A stretch of DNA of 64,000 nucleotides, taken from contig MU058257.1 in NCBI GenBank assembly GCA_013265495.1, positions 124,001 through 188,000 on the forward strand. Direction: 5' to 3'. The translations under genes were made by a program, and so were the position numbers. The notes beneath the pieces were generated by a model. The model was not told the origin of the DNA, did not search any database, and saw nothing but the letters and a program-made list of their open reading frames with translations. Shown in pieces: positions 14,455 to 28,144 of the stretch. Source of the stretch: Vicugna vicugna (taxonomy: Eukaryota). Every line of letters begins with the position of its first letter. Position 1 is the first letter of the stretch.

Positions 14455-14575
14455 GTTCCATTTACAGGAGAGGAAACTGAGGCTTTGAGAAGTTAAGTAA
14501 ATTAAAGCAAACAGCTAGTAAGTGGGAGAGCCAGGATTTAACCTGAGGCCTCTCTGACTCCAAAGCCGCTGTCTA
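14455..14575 (-). mobile_element. MIR SINE fragment
   Basis: ccatttacaggagaggaaactgaggct...agctagtaagtgggagagccaggattt...tctctgactccaaagcc. Confidence 0.8.
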
Positions 14576-15319
14576 GCACACTTACTTTGTTCCTTCTGTA
14601 AGGACTATTTGAAAAGAAGGAAAGCTATCCCAACTTTAAATTTGTGTCTTAAAATTTAGCATTTGGGGTTCTCTGTCAGTTCCACGGGGAAGGTGGCCAG
14701 GCCAGTGGTCCACAACGACCGGTGGGTTGTTGTTGGGTCACATTCAGAATGAACCGCTGGGTAAAACGTAGCTCTCCTTCGCCTTATTGACACGCTTCAA
14801 GGGCAGGTCTTCCTCTGAAGGTAGTGGGAATCAGCCCCGTCCCGGTGGGGAGGCAGAGAGGAGTGTGACCCCCTCCCAGGGAGAAGGACGCTTCCGAGAC
14901 TCTTCAGTACAGAGAGCCGCAAAGAAAGAGCTGGGAAGCCACACTGCGTGGAGGCGGTCTTCCCAAGGTGTATGTAAATTAAGTTCTAGTTGAAATATTT
15001 GGCTGTTGGAACCCATAGACAAGTGCTTTCATTCAAGAATCCTTTTGGAAGATGGATAATTAACTTATCTGTTCATATTTTTAGCTATCAGATCAGCTTG
15101 GAACAGTCTAGACCTGCATGATATTTAACAACAAAATAAGAACTAACGACTATGATTACATCAGGGTGCAGCTTGTTTCCTGGCTCTGTTGATGACTGTT
15201 GCCTCGTGGTGGTGGTTGTCTGTATCCGCCCGCTTTTTATGGCGGCCCAGTGACAGGTGGGTGATGCGGAATCTTGGCCAGTCCATACATAGAGCCCCGT
15301 ATGTCCACCCCCTTCCATA

Positions 15320-15506
15320 GCTGTTGTCGGATTTTAGTGTGCATAAGAATTAACCTGAGGTTTTGGTTCAAAATTTGGATTTCTGGGTCCCCTCCTTGGA
15401 GACTGATTCCGTAGACGTTCGGTAGTCCCAGAAATCTGAATTCTGAGCAGGCAGCTGCAGGTGATCTCATGCAGGCTGTCTCCCGGCCACCCTCACAAGA
15501 GCCGTG
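15320..15506. mobile_element. MER5-family hAT DNA transposon (MITE)
   Basis: ttagtgtgcataagaattaacctgagg...ttcaaaatttggatttctgggtcccc...gactgattcc...cccagaaatctg...caggtgat. Confidence 0.65.
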
Positions 15507-18500
15507 CTGTCCCAGCCCCGACTCACTGCTGGTTCTGACGAGTCACGATCTGTGCGGCACACACGACAGGCCTGCACAAGCCCGTCTCCCTCCTCTGCTG
15601 CTCAGAGCAGCCCCTTCCTGAAGGCTGCCCTCCATCCCTCCCGGAGAGAAGGAGAAGGTAGTGTGTGTCAGAGCCTCTCACCCTTTCAATCTCTGGGGCT
15701 TCAGCTGACCTTTTTCTGTTGTGTGACACAAGGGGGCTGGTTTCAGACATGCCTGCGATGCTTCCCCAGGACTTGAGTGATCAACTGCCCGGTTTACCAG
15801 AGTGGAAGAGGGGTGTTGCCAGACTTCAGCCCAACTCTAACATGCAGTCACTCAACAAACATACTTTTCCATGAGGCCCTATCATCGTGACAGAAAATGT
15901 CATCTCTGTTCTTGGCAAGCACTTGGCCAGGCTCCTCGATTGCATATCTGAAGCCCACATCCAGCCAACTTCTTCACCCAACAGTGTGATCGAGAAGACT
16001 TGGTCTCTGCTGCTTTTCCACTACTAGATAAATCGGGAGAACGCCAAAATGTTTTCAGTATTTTCACTGATGTCGCAAACTTAGACATCATCGCAGGCAT
16101 GACATTTCTGGGAAGGACACTGGTGCTTACTGCCCACCGACTGAGCCAGGACAAGGATGGTGACAAGGATGAGTGAGGCATGGCCCCTGAGCTTAAGGAA
16201 TGTGCATCTGGTGTAGACGGTGAGCCGGACCCAGAACCGTCCTCCAGTAAGGAAGAGAATCAGTGCCCAGTGCCCGTGGCTGACCGGCGGGAGGAAGCAC
16301 AGGAGCTGGAGATCCCTGTAAGAGGAGGGCCCGCAGGGCAGGCGGCGTCTGGACTAGACCTTGAAGCATGTGTGCCAGGTGCAAAGAGAATGGAAAAGGT
16401 TAACTCACAGAGTAAGTTTTCTGAGGCTTAAATGAAGTAAGAAATTGGGTGAAAGCCTTTCGGCTCCAAAACCCTTGAAAGTCTTACTCTGAGTGTTGAG
16501 CCTTCAGTCCCCACCAACCTGTGCACCTTAACATGTTTAATGTCATGAATGATAAGCGCCAGGGGCTGTCAAGCATGGCTGTGCTTCCTACAGCTGCTTC
16601 TTAGAGCTGCCTCGGCCCCACTCCAGACGTAAGGAAGCAGAATCCCTGGGGTTGGGGCCAGAGTGAATGGCAAGACTTCCCCTGCCTTGTCCTCCATAAG
16701 CTCAGAAAAGGAACCTCCCCTTTCTCAAAATCACAGATCTGTCTGTTTGAGGCACAAGGAGCAAAGGGGGACGTGGAGAAATTTGGTAGGAAGAGGGTTG
16801 TGGCTTTTACGATCTTCCTTCAGCCCGTCACACAAAGGATGGGAACCCACTGGAGATTCACTTGGAGAGATTCAGTTCTGACTCCCAGGCACCGACGTCT
16901 TCCCAGCCCGCATCACAGCACCACGGTCCCGGCCTGCATCACGGCACCGCGGTCTGGGATGACATCAGCAGCCTCCTGTCAAAAGAGCTGAGTTTGTGTG
17001 GCACAGACAGGGCCACCAAAGCACGACTGCATGTTGTAGTCTGTTGATTTGTATGTTCATCATGATGGCTCTCTGGCAGATGCAGGTCAGCTGGCCAGAG
17101 GAAGGGGCACCTGTGTAATTTGCATAATGGCACCACATGGGCTGGCCCCGGCCCTGAACCCAGAAAACAACATTTTCTGCGTAGCCCAGCTCCTGTTTCT
17201 TTAAATCCCTGAGTTGTGCGGCTGATTTTAAACGCTCACCAGCGTCTTCAGGTAATGCAACGTCGCTCCTGTTTTCTTTCCTGTTGTAAAGAAGCAGAAT
17301 TGTATAATAAGTCAAAATTGGTCAAATTACATTCCTCAGAGCTTTTCTCCTGGCCCTATAGTTGGTGCTGGTGACCTGGCGATTATTTTCATTCATTTCC
17401 GTAAACAGTTACTGAGTGTCTCGTACAAGGTATGCATCAGGAATCCGAGAGGCTCAGGAACTGATGTCTGCTTGGATCTCTGCCCTATAGGTGCATATGC
17501 AAATGATCATGGAATATTTGCTGTCCCCTTAGGACTATGGACTGATGGTAAGTCCACAAAAAACTCAGGATATATGTCAGCTTCCATTAAGAAAATGCCT
17601 CAAAATCCATAGACCTTTGTTGCAAATGGAACTGAAAGCTGTCATCGACAGTGGCTGCCTTTAAGACATCTTTGTGTGAGAGCAGGCAGAGCAGGGCTGC
17701 ATCTGTCCCGCTCAGACACCCTTGGAAGAGAGAGACCTGCCTCGTGGAATTAGTCAGGGCTCCTCACCGACCGCTCCCTGCAGTCAAGTCTGCGGTTACA
17801 TTGGCTGTGTTTCCAGGTTCTTCTGCCCTGCATCTGGCTCTTGGGTAGACTGTGCCGCCTCTCCATGATCAGCTCTAGGGACTTCTCAGAGCCTTAGCAT
17901 CCCTCATCCACCCTGTCCCCTCGATCACAGAGTAAACCCAACATGGGTATGTCAAGTACGCACCTCCCCATACCTCTGCCTCGCCACCCATACCATTCTG
18001 AACCAGCTCAGCCATCTACAGCTAAGAGGGAGCAAATCCTAATTAGGAATGTGGACAGAAACCAGGAGCACACGAGACAGTTGACAGTGGGGACTGAGAC
18101 ACGCAGGACATCCAATCACAGGGCGTGGGGGCCTGGCTGGCCTCTTTCTAGAGTCCGGAGTGGTCCTTACCCACACGGCGCATCACCTGAGGGGTGGCAC
18201 GGGGCTTCTCATGCCAACACCCCCTTGCAAACACATTATTTCTGACAGAGCATCACCGTTCTCCTGCTCTTCAAGTTTGAAAGCTCAGAATCACCGTCAG
18301 TGCCTTTTTTTCCGTCTGCCACTAACCCTGCTTAACCAGCCACCCTATCCACTCTTTTTGCCCCTGCTGTCCTGTTCACTGGTCCTCACCTTCTCTGACA
18401 CTATCTTTGTCCAAATGTCCATCACCTTGTCCTTGAAGTTAAGCAGAAAAAAACTTAAAATATCTTCCTTGCCCCTCATTTCTTCTCCTCAGTCACACTG

Positions 18501-21500
18501 TGTGCTGACAGCCACTTGTAAAACAAGGTTGCACAACATTTGTCTTACCTCCTCTTCACCCACTATGTCAAGTGCACACTCTGGCCCTTTCCAGAATCGC
18601 CGCAACTCGACTTCCTTCTCTTTGCAACCGTATTTCCCAGCCCTTCTCCCGGCGAGCCAGCCCAGCAGTGACACTGTGCTCATTTGGACTCTGAGTTATG
18701 CTATGTTCCCCGGGGCCACAGTCCTCTCTCTGTAGACGAATCCAACTCATTCTTCTTGGTCCAGCCCAAGTGTCATCACCGCCACCAAGAGACTTTCTCC
18801 TGATGCCTGAGCCTCCACTGATTTCTCCTTTTCTAAACTCCTGTAGAACATATTACCTTTATACAGTTTAGCAATATGTCCTAACCCTTAGCTCTGCTAC
18901 TCATGGTTTAAGTGGAGGGTGACTGTATCATTTATTGCCCAAACCGGGACACTTCTGAGAGTGAGAATGGTGCTGCTAATCATTCCACCAGGAAAACAGA
19001 CATTTTGAACTGTCCCGGGCAAAGCTGGATCTACGGTCATCCTACTTGTGTTTGGACATCTCATCTTTCCAACAAGGCTGTCAGCTCCTCTGGGGCAAAT
19101 CTGACGTGGGGAACACTTGCTTTGAATATTCCTCGGCACATGAAGCATAATTAATGACCCATAAATACAGGAAGGAAGGGAAGAGAGACGGAGGGAACTG
19201 GGCAATCCATTCATCCTCACAAAATAAGTGGTTTCTTAAAAATCAAAACACAACTCCACTGCCGTGGATGTGTACAGGGCATGAATCACGGGGCAAGCGA
19301 ACAACTTCTCCACGGCACGTTGGAAGAGGGCAGCTGAAACCCGAGAAGGCAGAATATAAGTTTGAAAATGAGAAGAAACAACAGCCACAGGGAAGTCAAG
19401 TGGTGCAGAGCCATCGAGGACGGTATCAATCTTGTCAATCAAAGCCATCAGGGCAGTCCCGAGTGGAAGACCCAGTTGTACTCAGTGCGGGCTCTGAACG
19501 CACTGGTTGTCATTAAATATCAAAAAGCAGCCTTCACAAGACACAAGATAGAAAGTGTAGTTTGTCACCGTGTCTTTCGTGCCACAGAGTCATCATCTTC
19601 AAAAGGGAAAGTGCAGTCATTTTATTGTGGGGTTTTGATTTAAATAGACCTCACAATGGAGCCCCTAAGCAGGCTAAAGCACCATTTTCTGGTTTTAGCA
19701 TCTTAGGACCTCCTGATGTATCAGTATACTTGTCTGTCCCTGCGTTTTTTAGCATCACAGCACCTCGGAGCCTCAAAGAGAGAGTATCAAAGAAAAGTCT
19801 GCGAACTCTTATCATCAGCCTCAATGTCAGCCCACGATTTTCTTAAAGCTGCTCTCAATTGGAAAGAAGTTGTCACCATTCAAAAAGAACAGAAAACACA
19901 GTCCTAGCTCTGAGGCATCTGCCCTGCAGTAACACCCAGCATCTTCGCCCCGCTCACAGCGCAGCAGCCACAGGGGAAGGAGGCAGGGATGGGGCGGTGT
20001 GTTGCCCTGATCCCCCGGGGCGAGACCTCATCCCCCTGCCGCTCCCCTGGCTCTTCATTCTTGTCCTTCCCACCTTGGCCACCTCTCAGCTGAGGTGGTT
20101 GTGAGGGAATACAATGGTCACTGAACTTCCCAAATGTGTCGTAACCCATTCTGGGACTCTGGCTCTTACTTGGCTAGCGGCGAACTCAGGACCTCATGAA
20201 AGGTCTTTGAAAAGTTTATGTGCCAAGAAACCCTAGCTTTAAAAAAAGAGAGAAAACTCGGCACTCTTTCCTCATCTGTTTCTATAAAGGACAGGTAAAC
20301 AGGGAAGGGTTCTGAGAGGCGCTGCCTGGGCACGGGCGTACATGGGATTTCACGCCGCTGCCCCACTTCTGGAGCTGAAGATTGCCAGTCTTTTCAGTTT
20401 TGTTTCACTTGACCCCCTCAGTTCCTGATCTACGAAACAAGAGAGTTCTGCTATATCCAAGATGCCTTCCAAGTAGAATTTCTATAAATCTATCATCTTG
20501 AAACATTTCTCTTTCCCAGAAAAGGGATGTAAATAGTAAAACACCATTACATCAAAGCTTGTTGTTAACCAGCTCTTACTATTCAGCGGATTTCATTCAT
20601 CCCCTTGAAACACATCAAGCACATTAAGCAAACGTGTTGCAGCACAGTGAGCCCAAAGGATGGTGCTCATTGTATTTCCAACTAGTTGTCTCACAGATGA
20701 GCTCTGTTGAGGGCTTCCTTCAAGAGCAGTCAATGAAAATTAACTTTGCTTAATGTCAGACCCCACTAAAGCCATTTCCTTTTAGACAGAGATGCCACTG
20801 TAGCAAAAACTGAACAAAGGAAGACAAGGGACATTGTCCTTTTCCTCCAGACTGCTCTGGCCTCAAATCTTTGAGAATCACTGTGGTTCAACAAGATGGT
20901 TCAAACCTTAAAATCCCACCAGTTTGAGAACAACGAAAGGAGCATTGTGGGATGTACTCCCGACTCTGCCACATAACGTCTTGAAACATGACCTTCTCTT
21001 GAAAAAAGAAAAAAAGGCTTGGCTGATTTTTCAAGTCTCTTCCAATTCAGAAATTCTGTGGTTCAGTAGCTTTTGTCCAAATTCTCATAATTAAATAAAT
21101 ATGACTGGGAATCAGGTTTATGGGTATGTAAGTTCCTTTCCATTACGACAACCAGCTGAAAGTTACAGCCCTGCCCCCACCCCCACCCCCATAGAAGGAG
21201 CAGCACGCAGGGACAAAGTACCCATGGTCATCGTGGCCAGCTGTGACTTGACCAGACCAGCCGACTGGCCTGCAGTCTCCTGCCCGCACAGTTCAGTGGG
21301 ATATTCTGATTTCATCAATAAGTGCATTATTGTTTGCATGACTGTGTTTTCTTAGCTTTACCTTTCATCTAAAGACTTCATTTTTTGGGGTGCATTAGTT
21401 GAACTGTACTAAGTCTTATTGTTGAATCAAAACCTGAAATGAACCTCAGGACTCAGTGCATTTCAAGACTAATGCTTATTTATTGGAGAATTTCTTCCTT

Positions 21501-22349
21501 CAATTCTTTGACCGGAGAAAAGATACCTCAGATTTCTTCTTTCGCAAACGAGACGTTCATGCTCCCGGTTATGTGACGCACCGAGTAAACGAGAGAGCTG
21601 TGGTCTCTGCCTTGTTGAGTGTATAGTCTGGATGATCAGTAGAAGGTATTATTTAAAAATAAAAAATCAGGCAGGGAGGTCTTGCCCGAGAGGGTCCCGT
21701 GTCAGCCAAGACTTGCAGGATGATGGAGTCTTGCCTTCCCCTGTTCCTCCCACTGGGCAAGTCACCCCGTCTGCTCCTGGCTCTGTTTCAAAGAAAGCTT
21801 TTGGTGCTCGTCCCAAGAGAGCGTGTGTGTGAGGAGTGTTCCTGAGACGGGACAGCACTGACATCTTCCTGGCCTCATCCTAGGAGAAACTTTCTGATGT
21901 GCTCATAGGCTGATTGGAGAGCGGCCTTTGTCCCCATCAGCAGTGAGCAGCCTTGAGGTCACAAGTGGAAAGCATCACGCTCCTCTTCATCGTGAACGTG
22001 CTGGCATTGTCTGAGGTTCCTTTTTCTCTCTCACCGCTGAGACTGAGAACAGGTGTTGGATTAACTCCATCACCCCGCCTGCCCCCCAACCCCACTCCTT
22101 TCTTTTTTTTTTTAAGAATCAAAACATCTTTCCACCAGACTCCCTCCTGCTCCAGACAAATGTGAAGTTGGTGTGAATCTTCCCCATTCATTTTTTTCCC
22201 GATTTTACTGTTTAAGTGTGTGCACTCCATCACATTTACTGCTGTTTTGTGAATTTGCGAGTCTACATACCCAGCCTCACACTGTAGTTTGGCAAGTTTG
22301 TGTCTTGTTTTTCACGTTTGCCCTACATTATGAATCTAGTTTATTCATT

Positions 22350-22514
22350 CTTTTAAAATTTTGTTTATTTATTTGTTATTTGTACTATTTTATTTACTTT
22401 TTGGCAGAGGGGAGGGGATTGGGTTTATTTTTAGCGGAGGTACTGGGGGTTGAACCCAAGAAAGACATGCATGCTAAACATGCGCTCTACTGCTTGAGCT
22501 ATACCCTCCCCCCT
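22350..22514 (-). mobile_element. tRNA-Ala-derived camelid SINE (Vic-1-like)
   Basis: Same head as the other copies. 13-bp TSD TAGTTTATTCATT at 22337-22349 and 22515-22527. Inserted in a degraded L1M-type remnant (~22100-23320, minus strand). Confidence 0.9.
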
Positions 22515-25500
22515 TAGTTTATTCATTTTAGCTGTTCACCGCTGTATAAAAAAAGCACTTTCTTTCCCCAGCCTTGAGAGGCAAGTGAGTTCTCCTTTTT
22601 TGTGATTATCCGTGGCGGCCGGCAGGCAGTGGAACTGAATCACAGGGCAAAAGTTGTGTCATCGCCCCTTAGCGTTGACAGATGTCTCTCTGAAGTGACT
22701 GGGACCATTCAGACATCCACCAGCGATGGATACAAAATCCTGTTTTTCCTCATTCTCGCCAGCATCTGGTGTGAACAAGCTTTTACTCTTTGCCCGTCTG
22801 ATTGGTACTGAGCAGCACCTCCGTGGTGGATTCCTTGATAATTAACATCATTTCATGTTTATTACTGTTTGGTTATTTCACTCTGTGAATTTCCATCCTT
22901 TTCCTATTTTTCCATCAGCTTGCTCTTTCCTTATTGACTTAGGTGAATTCTTTTGTCAGTGATAGGGGTTAAAAATATCTTTGCTTATTTTCCAGCCTGA
23001 GAAAGCTCTACCCACAAAGCTGTTTTGTCATACCAAAATTTTCAAATTAACAATCAGATAGATTATTTTATGCTTTGTGCATTTCTTGTGCTCATTTTAA
23101 GGAATTCGCCCTGCCCTGAATATGTAATCGTAGTCTCTTGTTTTGGGGTTTTTTTTTTTCCCAGCAAAGTTTTAAAGTTTTATCTTTCGTATTCAAGTCT
23201 TTTATCTACCTGAAACTTACTTTTGCCTAAAATGTGAGGGAGGGATTTAATGTGTTTTTCTCTATGAGTAGTCAGTCATTTCAATACCGTACTTTTATTT
23301 TTTCAAACGTGAATTGTGAGCCCACCTCTGTCATATACTAAGGTCTCCTCTTCCATGTGTGCACTTGGTCTTTATCCGCCTCTGAGCCAGCACCACCTAC
23401 CTGTTCATGAGTGCGGCGCTGTAGTGATTCCTAACATCCTACAGAGAACGTCTTTTCTCCCCTCGGCTCCCCTCTTCCCATCCTTTCCTTCCACATTCGG
23501 TTTCTTCTTCCTCAAGTACACAGCCTTTAGCCATTCTTTGAATGAGGGTCTGGGTGGCAGATTCTTTCAATCTTTGTTCTAAAAATTTCTTCATTTCGCC
23601 CTCAGCGCACACCCGTACTGCCCGAGGTCCAGTGTCCCTCTCCCGAACTTACCCCAGGCCACCGGGGTCCCTTGATCTAGGGGACAGGGTGACCCACAGC
23701 CCCACCCAGTCCCCTCTACCCTGTTGGTCGCATGCGTCTGTGTTGTGGAAAGTAACACCAACATTCACCGCTGTCCCCCTGGAAGTGAGACCTTCACTGT
23801 CAATTTCCTTCTATGGAGAATTCAATTATTATTCTTTGACAGGACCTGTGTGCTCATATACAACTTTAAATTAAAAATTAAACAATTTCTGGGGAAAATA
23901 ATCCCTATTAGCTGTGCCACCTTGGGCCGCTTACTTAACCTGCCTGAACTTGGAGTCTGTCACTGTCACACGGGATCATGATGCCCGTGCCCCCAGGTTA
24001 CTGCAAAGATTAAATGAGATAGTGCTTCGCAGATGGGGGTTCGCAGATAATAGCTTTCAAAGAATAAAAGGAAAGAGGGGCGTGTGGGATAGTGGCTGGC
24101 TGTTGTTCTCACTCAGGTGGAAGGAGTGGGAGCGGCCTGCAGGGAAGCCTCGTCTGCTGGTTCGCCTCCAGCCTGGTCCCTGTTTGCACATCCCGGGGGA
24201 CCCCACGGAGGACGGTTCTCTCTCGCACCCTTGTTCCCGGCGCCTCACAAGCTCTGGGAGTTTGGCAGATCTAAGGAGGACCCCACTTTCAGTTTTGCTT
24301 AATGTCCACCTTGATTCCCGCTTATCTCTTTGACCAGAAGTTAAAACCGAGTCAACAGATCAGAAGCTGGGTTCTCGCTGCTGGCCAGAGTTTTAATCCA
24401 GTTAGAGGGAAATTAAAGTTCTACAAAGTCTTCTCCTGCTTCTTAGATGGTCTGTGTGATCCAGTGGCTTTTTTGAAACATCATGGCCTATCCTGCTTTT
24501 CCCAGCATAGAGCCAGAAAACCCCCGTCCGGAGTTCTGCAGGAACCACTGTGTGAGCAGAGCTGTTTGGGGAACACGGCCATCCGCTCCGTTCCCAGCAA
24601 GCCTCATTCAGACACTGTGCAACCGCCGCCGCGTTCATTGACGATGCTGTTACATGCCATGTTCCCGGGGAAGGATCGGCGCGGCCACCACCGGCTTATT
24701 CATTATTTATATGCAATTAAAGGGCATGGTTCAAATGAATGCAGGCATCTGAGGAAAGTCACGTACAGATCAAATTGAACGTCTGTCATTTCCCTGGTGA
24801 CTTCGTGTACTCTTCGTGCCTTGAGACCTTAAATTATATTAAGCAGAGAGCATATTTCCATCCTTTTATTTAGCTTAATTTTTGGCCTTCATCCACTTGT
24901 TCAGGTTATTTGGACTTGTTTAGCATTATCCCCCGCTTCTCCTTAATAGATTAAACAAAATAGGAAAAGAGGGAAATTTCTTTTTAGGACCTATTGCGTT
25001 CTAAGGATGAATGCAAATTGTTCCTCTATGATTCTTAATGACCCACCATTAACGTAGTAGGAAACCCAGCGCATTAGTGCAATACCTCTTGTCACATCGT
25101 TGCTCCTAATGGAACTGTTACCGGGATAACAGCTCGACCTTTAGCTGCAGATTCAGATTCTGCTCACCCGACACCTCCATCCACGTAGCGTCTGGAGTGC
25201 TCTCCGATCAGTACAGCCCTTTGGCCCATTTCTCAGGCCTCCTGTGCACGTGTCACAGAGCAGGCTTTCGTCTTCTGTCGGTAGATTCTGGTTAAGAGTT
25301 TAAGTTTGAGTGGAATCTGTGAAATAGAATGTCTATAATCTGCCCGACGGAAATGTGTGTGTAGGTATTTTTCGGAAAGCCTAAATGCTTTGCCTTCGAA
25401 GGTCTCAGCCACTGACCCAGGAGCCAGAGTGTTCCCTGGTTTCTTGTTACAAAAACCAGATAAGTTTTCACTGAAAGGAGAAAAAAAAAATAACCAGAAA

Positions 25501-26329
25501 TTGCCGCCTTCTTAATGAGCAGCAGAATACTTGAGCTCAAGGTGAGATTAGAAAGATGCGCTTGGAAGGCGCTCACGCAGCGGGAGCCCTTCCCTCTGCT
25601 GCTCCTAAACCTGGCCGTGGACACGCGTGGTTTCCGGGAGTCGTTCTGATGTTGGCATAATCTAAATCTATGTTGTTCATTTCAAATCGCTACTTCCTAA
25701 TGTGGGCTAATTTGGATACATGTGTTTCACAATCTAAGAAAAGAGGGATTTCTGTGGAAATTAATTATATAAATAATTTTACAAGGAGGGAGATGTTCAC
25801 CTGCTGAGATGATGTATTCAGTCATTTTCGTGGTACACATTTTCCTATAAACTAATAGAGTGCCAAATACAAATAATTTTTTCCTGTTCGTTAAAACAGG
25901 ATTTCAAGAACCTTTCAGCAACTCTCTGATTAAGAAGTGTTATTGTGGGTATTTGAATGTAATAAAACCTTGTTTTTTAAAATATATTCTATTAAGACTC
26001 CCTACGAATTCAAATAGGCCTTTCTCCTCCAATTAGCCTAAATGTGTGAGCGACTGTATTTACTTCCATTAGAAACAAAAGTAGAAAATACGTTTGTTTA
26101 TCCTTCAAATGTTTACGGAGTTCTTTGTACAGGGCACTGTAGTGGGTGCTGGTAGGAAGACAAAACGAAGACCCGGGGGTGTCTGTCGTCTGGTCCAGGA
26201 GATTCAGAAGCTCGCCCACCCTAGGATGCTGTCTCCTCTGCATCTCTCTCAAGTAGGGCCGCTGACTCACGTGCCCCATGTATCATCTGTTGGGGAGCCT
26301 GGTTGATATGCTTCCCAAACCTTAATTCT

Positions 26330-27860
26330 GCCTCCTCCTGGCCTCTCCTTCCCCACTCAGTCTGGGCGGGGCTGGAGCCCCTCTGTCCGCACAGCTGTAC
26401 GTCTTCCTCTCGCCCCCAGACCCTGCTGCCATCTTGGATAACTTCTCCATCCACGCGGAAGACCCACGTGACCGCCAGCCCTCGTCCACACTGGCATTCA
26501 CCTCCGCCACATTTCTGCCCCACACCGCTGACCGTACGTTCCGCTCGCTGCCAACCCTCACCCCTCAGTTGCCCCTGTTCCCTGGCACCTCCTTGCCAAC
26601 CCCGCTCATATTTCCATTCCTGGATCTCCATCAATTTTCCCGAGTCTGAGCCGTTTTCTGGCTTCACTTGCTTCCCAGATTTGGGTGGAAAGGATGGGTG
26701 GGTGAAGACAGCCGTCACTCATTGCAGGGGGCATCTCCACCAACATCTTCAAGTGCTTTATATCCTGTCCTTCTGCCAAACCTGTCCAGCAAAATCCTAA
26801 CCCTCAACCAGCCCTACATCTGGTGTCTCCACCCTGCACCATGGAGAAATGAGCTGCCCTGAGGCTGTTGCTGCCGCAAGCAGGCAGCCCTCCTGCTCAG
26901 CGCCCCGCATCCGGGTCTCCTGCCTTCCTGCTCCTGTTTTTCTCTGAGGCCGTTGCAGACGTCCCCACCCTCTCCACACCCCTCCCCAGTGAGTCCACTG
27001 AGGTGTCAGGAGTGAGGGTGCCTCTGACCTCTAACCACTTCTCACTCTACCCTAGTCTTCTGCTCCTCTGGTTCAGAGGACACAGTTCTCCTCCTGGTCC
27101 AGGGTAACCCCCCATTTCTCTCCCGGACCCCGCTGCCCCTCAGTGCCTCCGCTGTGGTTCCTCTGACTGCCTCTCCTCCTTCCTGGATCCTTCATCTCCC
27201 GCAGTGCTGGCCGCCTCCCTCCACCTGTAAACCCCCTCCTCTTCCATCCCCCCTGAACCTGGTGTTGTGAGAGTGTCATCTGTGGCCCCCTCCCCACGTC
27301 CTTGATGGCCTCCGGCGACCCTTTCCACACGTCCTTCCTGGCCCTTCTGTGTCCCTCTCTCCTCTGTTCACACCAGCCTCAGCCTTCACGGAACCACACT
27401 CCTGGTTCTCTTGCCTGCAGCCCATCCTGGCTCCTTCCTGGACTCCTGAGCCATAATCGCCTTTCAGATGCTCAGATTCTCTGCTCTGTGCGTGGCCCGG
27501 TGCTCCGCTCCCTCAAAACCTTCTCCCTGGTCAATGTTTTTTCTCTTGTTGTTCTAACTGCCACGTGTATGTTCGTGCCCCTCAAACCAGTACCTTCAGG
27601 CAGGACCCTGCCCCTGAACTGTAGGCTTCCACACTGTAACACCCCCATATGGGGGCTCTGCAAACACCCCAAACTCGGCAGGTGCCAAACCACGCCAGCT
27701 ACACCTTGCCATTCCCCTCACAAACCTTCCCTCCTGTGTTACCAGTCACGTGACCCACCAGAAATGCCAGTTTCGTCTTCACTAACACTGCCCCTATCTC
27801 CGATGATTGCACAGAGTCCTGGAAGGAACCTCCTGCTCCCACCCCTTCAGGTGTTCCCAC
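26330..27860 (+). mobile_element. Degraded L2 LINE (approximate)
   Basis: Long C/T-skewed tract with L2-like phrases. It accounts for the overlapping Pro/Ser/Leu-rich ORFs. Confidence 0.5.
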
Positions 27861-27869
27861 CACGGCTCC

Positions 27870-28144
27870 ACACCTGCAGATTCAGCTGACCACCAATGGA
27901 AAATACTTGGGGGGAAAAACTCCAGAAAGTTCCAAAAAGCAAATCTTAAATTTGCCAAGTGTTGGCATCTATTTACATAGCATGTACATTGTCTTAGGTA
28001 ATACAGGTCATCCAGAGATGATTTCACATGTGTGGAAGGATACGCGTGTACCACACTTTTTATATACGTGGCTTGAGCATCCGGGAATTTTGGTATCCGT
28101 GGGGGTCCTGGAACCTGTTCCCCACAGATACCAAGGGATGACTG
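27870..28144 (-). mobile_element. MER2-like TcMar-Tigger DNA transposon
   Basis: Ends ...cttgagcatccgggaattttggtatccgtgggggtcctggaacc...gataccaagggatgactg. Clearly homologous to the copy at 54138-54437. Confidence 0.85.

Noticed and set aside
16180..16431. 83-aa acidic ORF with good Kozak context
   Set aside because: The start context (acaaggatgagtgaggcatggcccctgagcttaaggaa) resembles an antisense L2 3' end, and I recognise no homology.
26221..27889. 165-195 aa ORFs on both strands
   Set aside because: Low-complexity products of a C/T-skewed, degraded L2-like tract.
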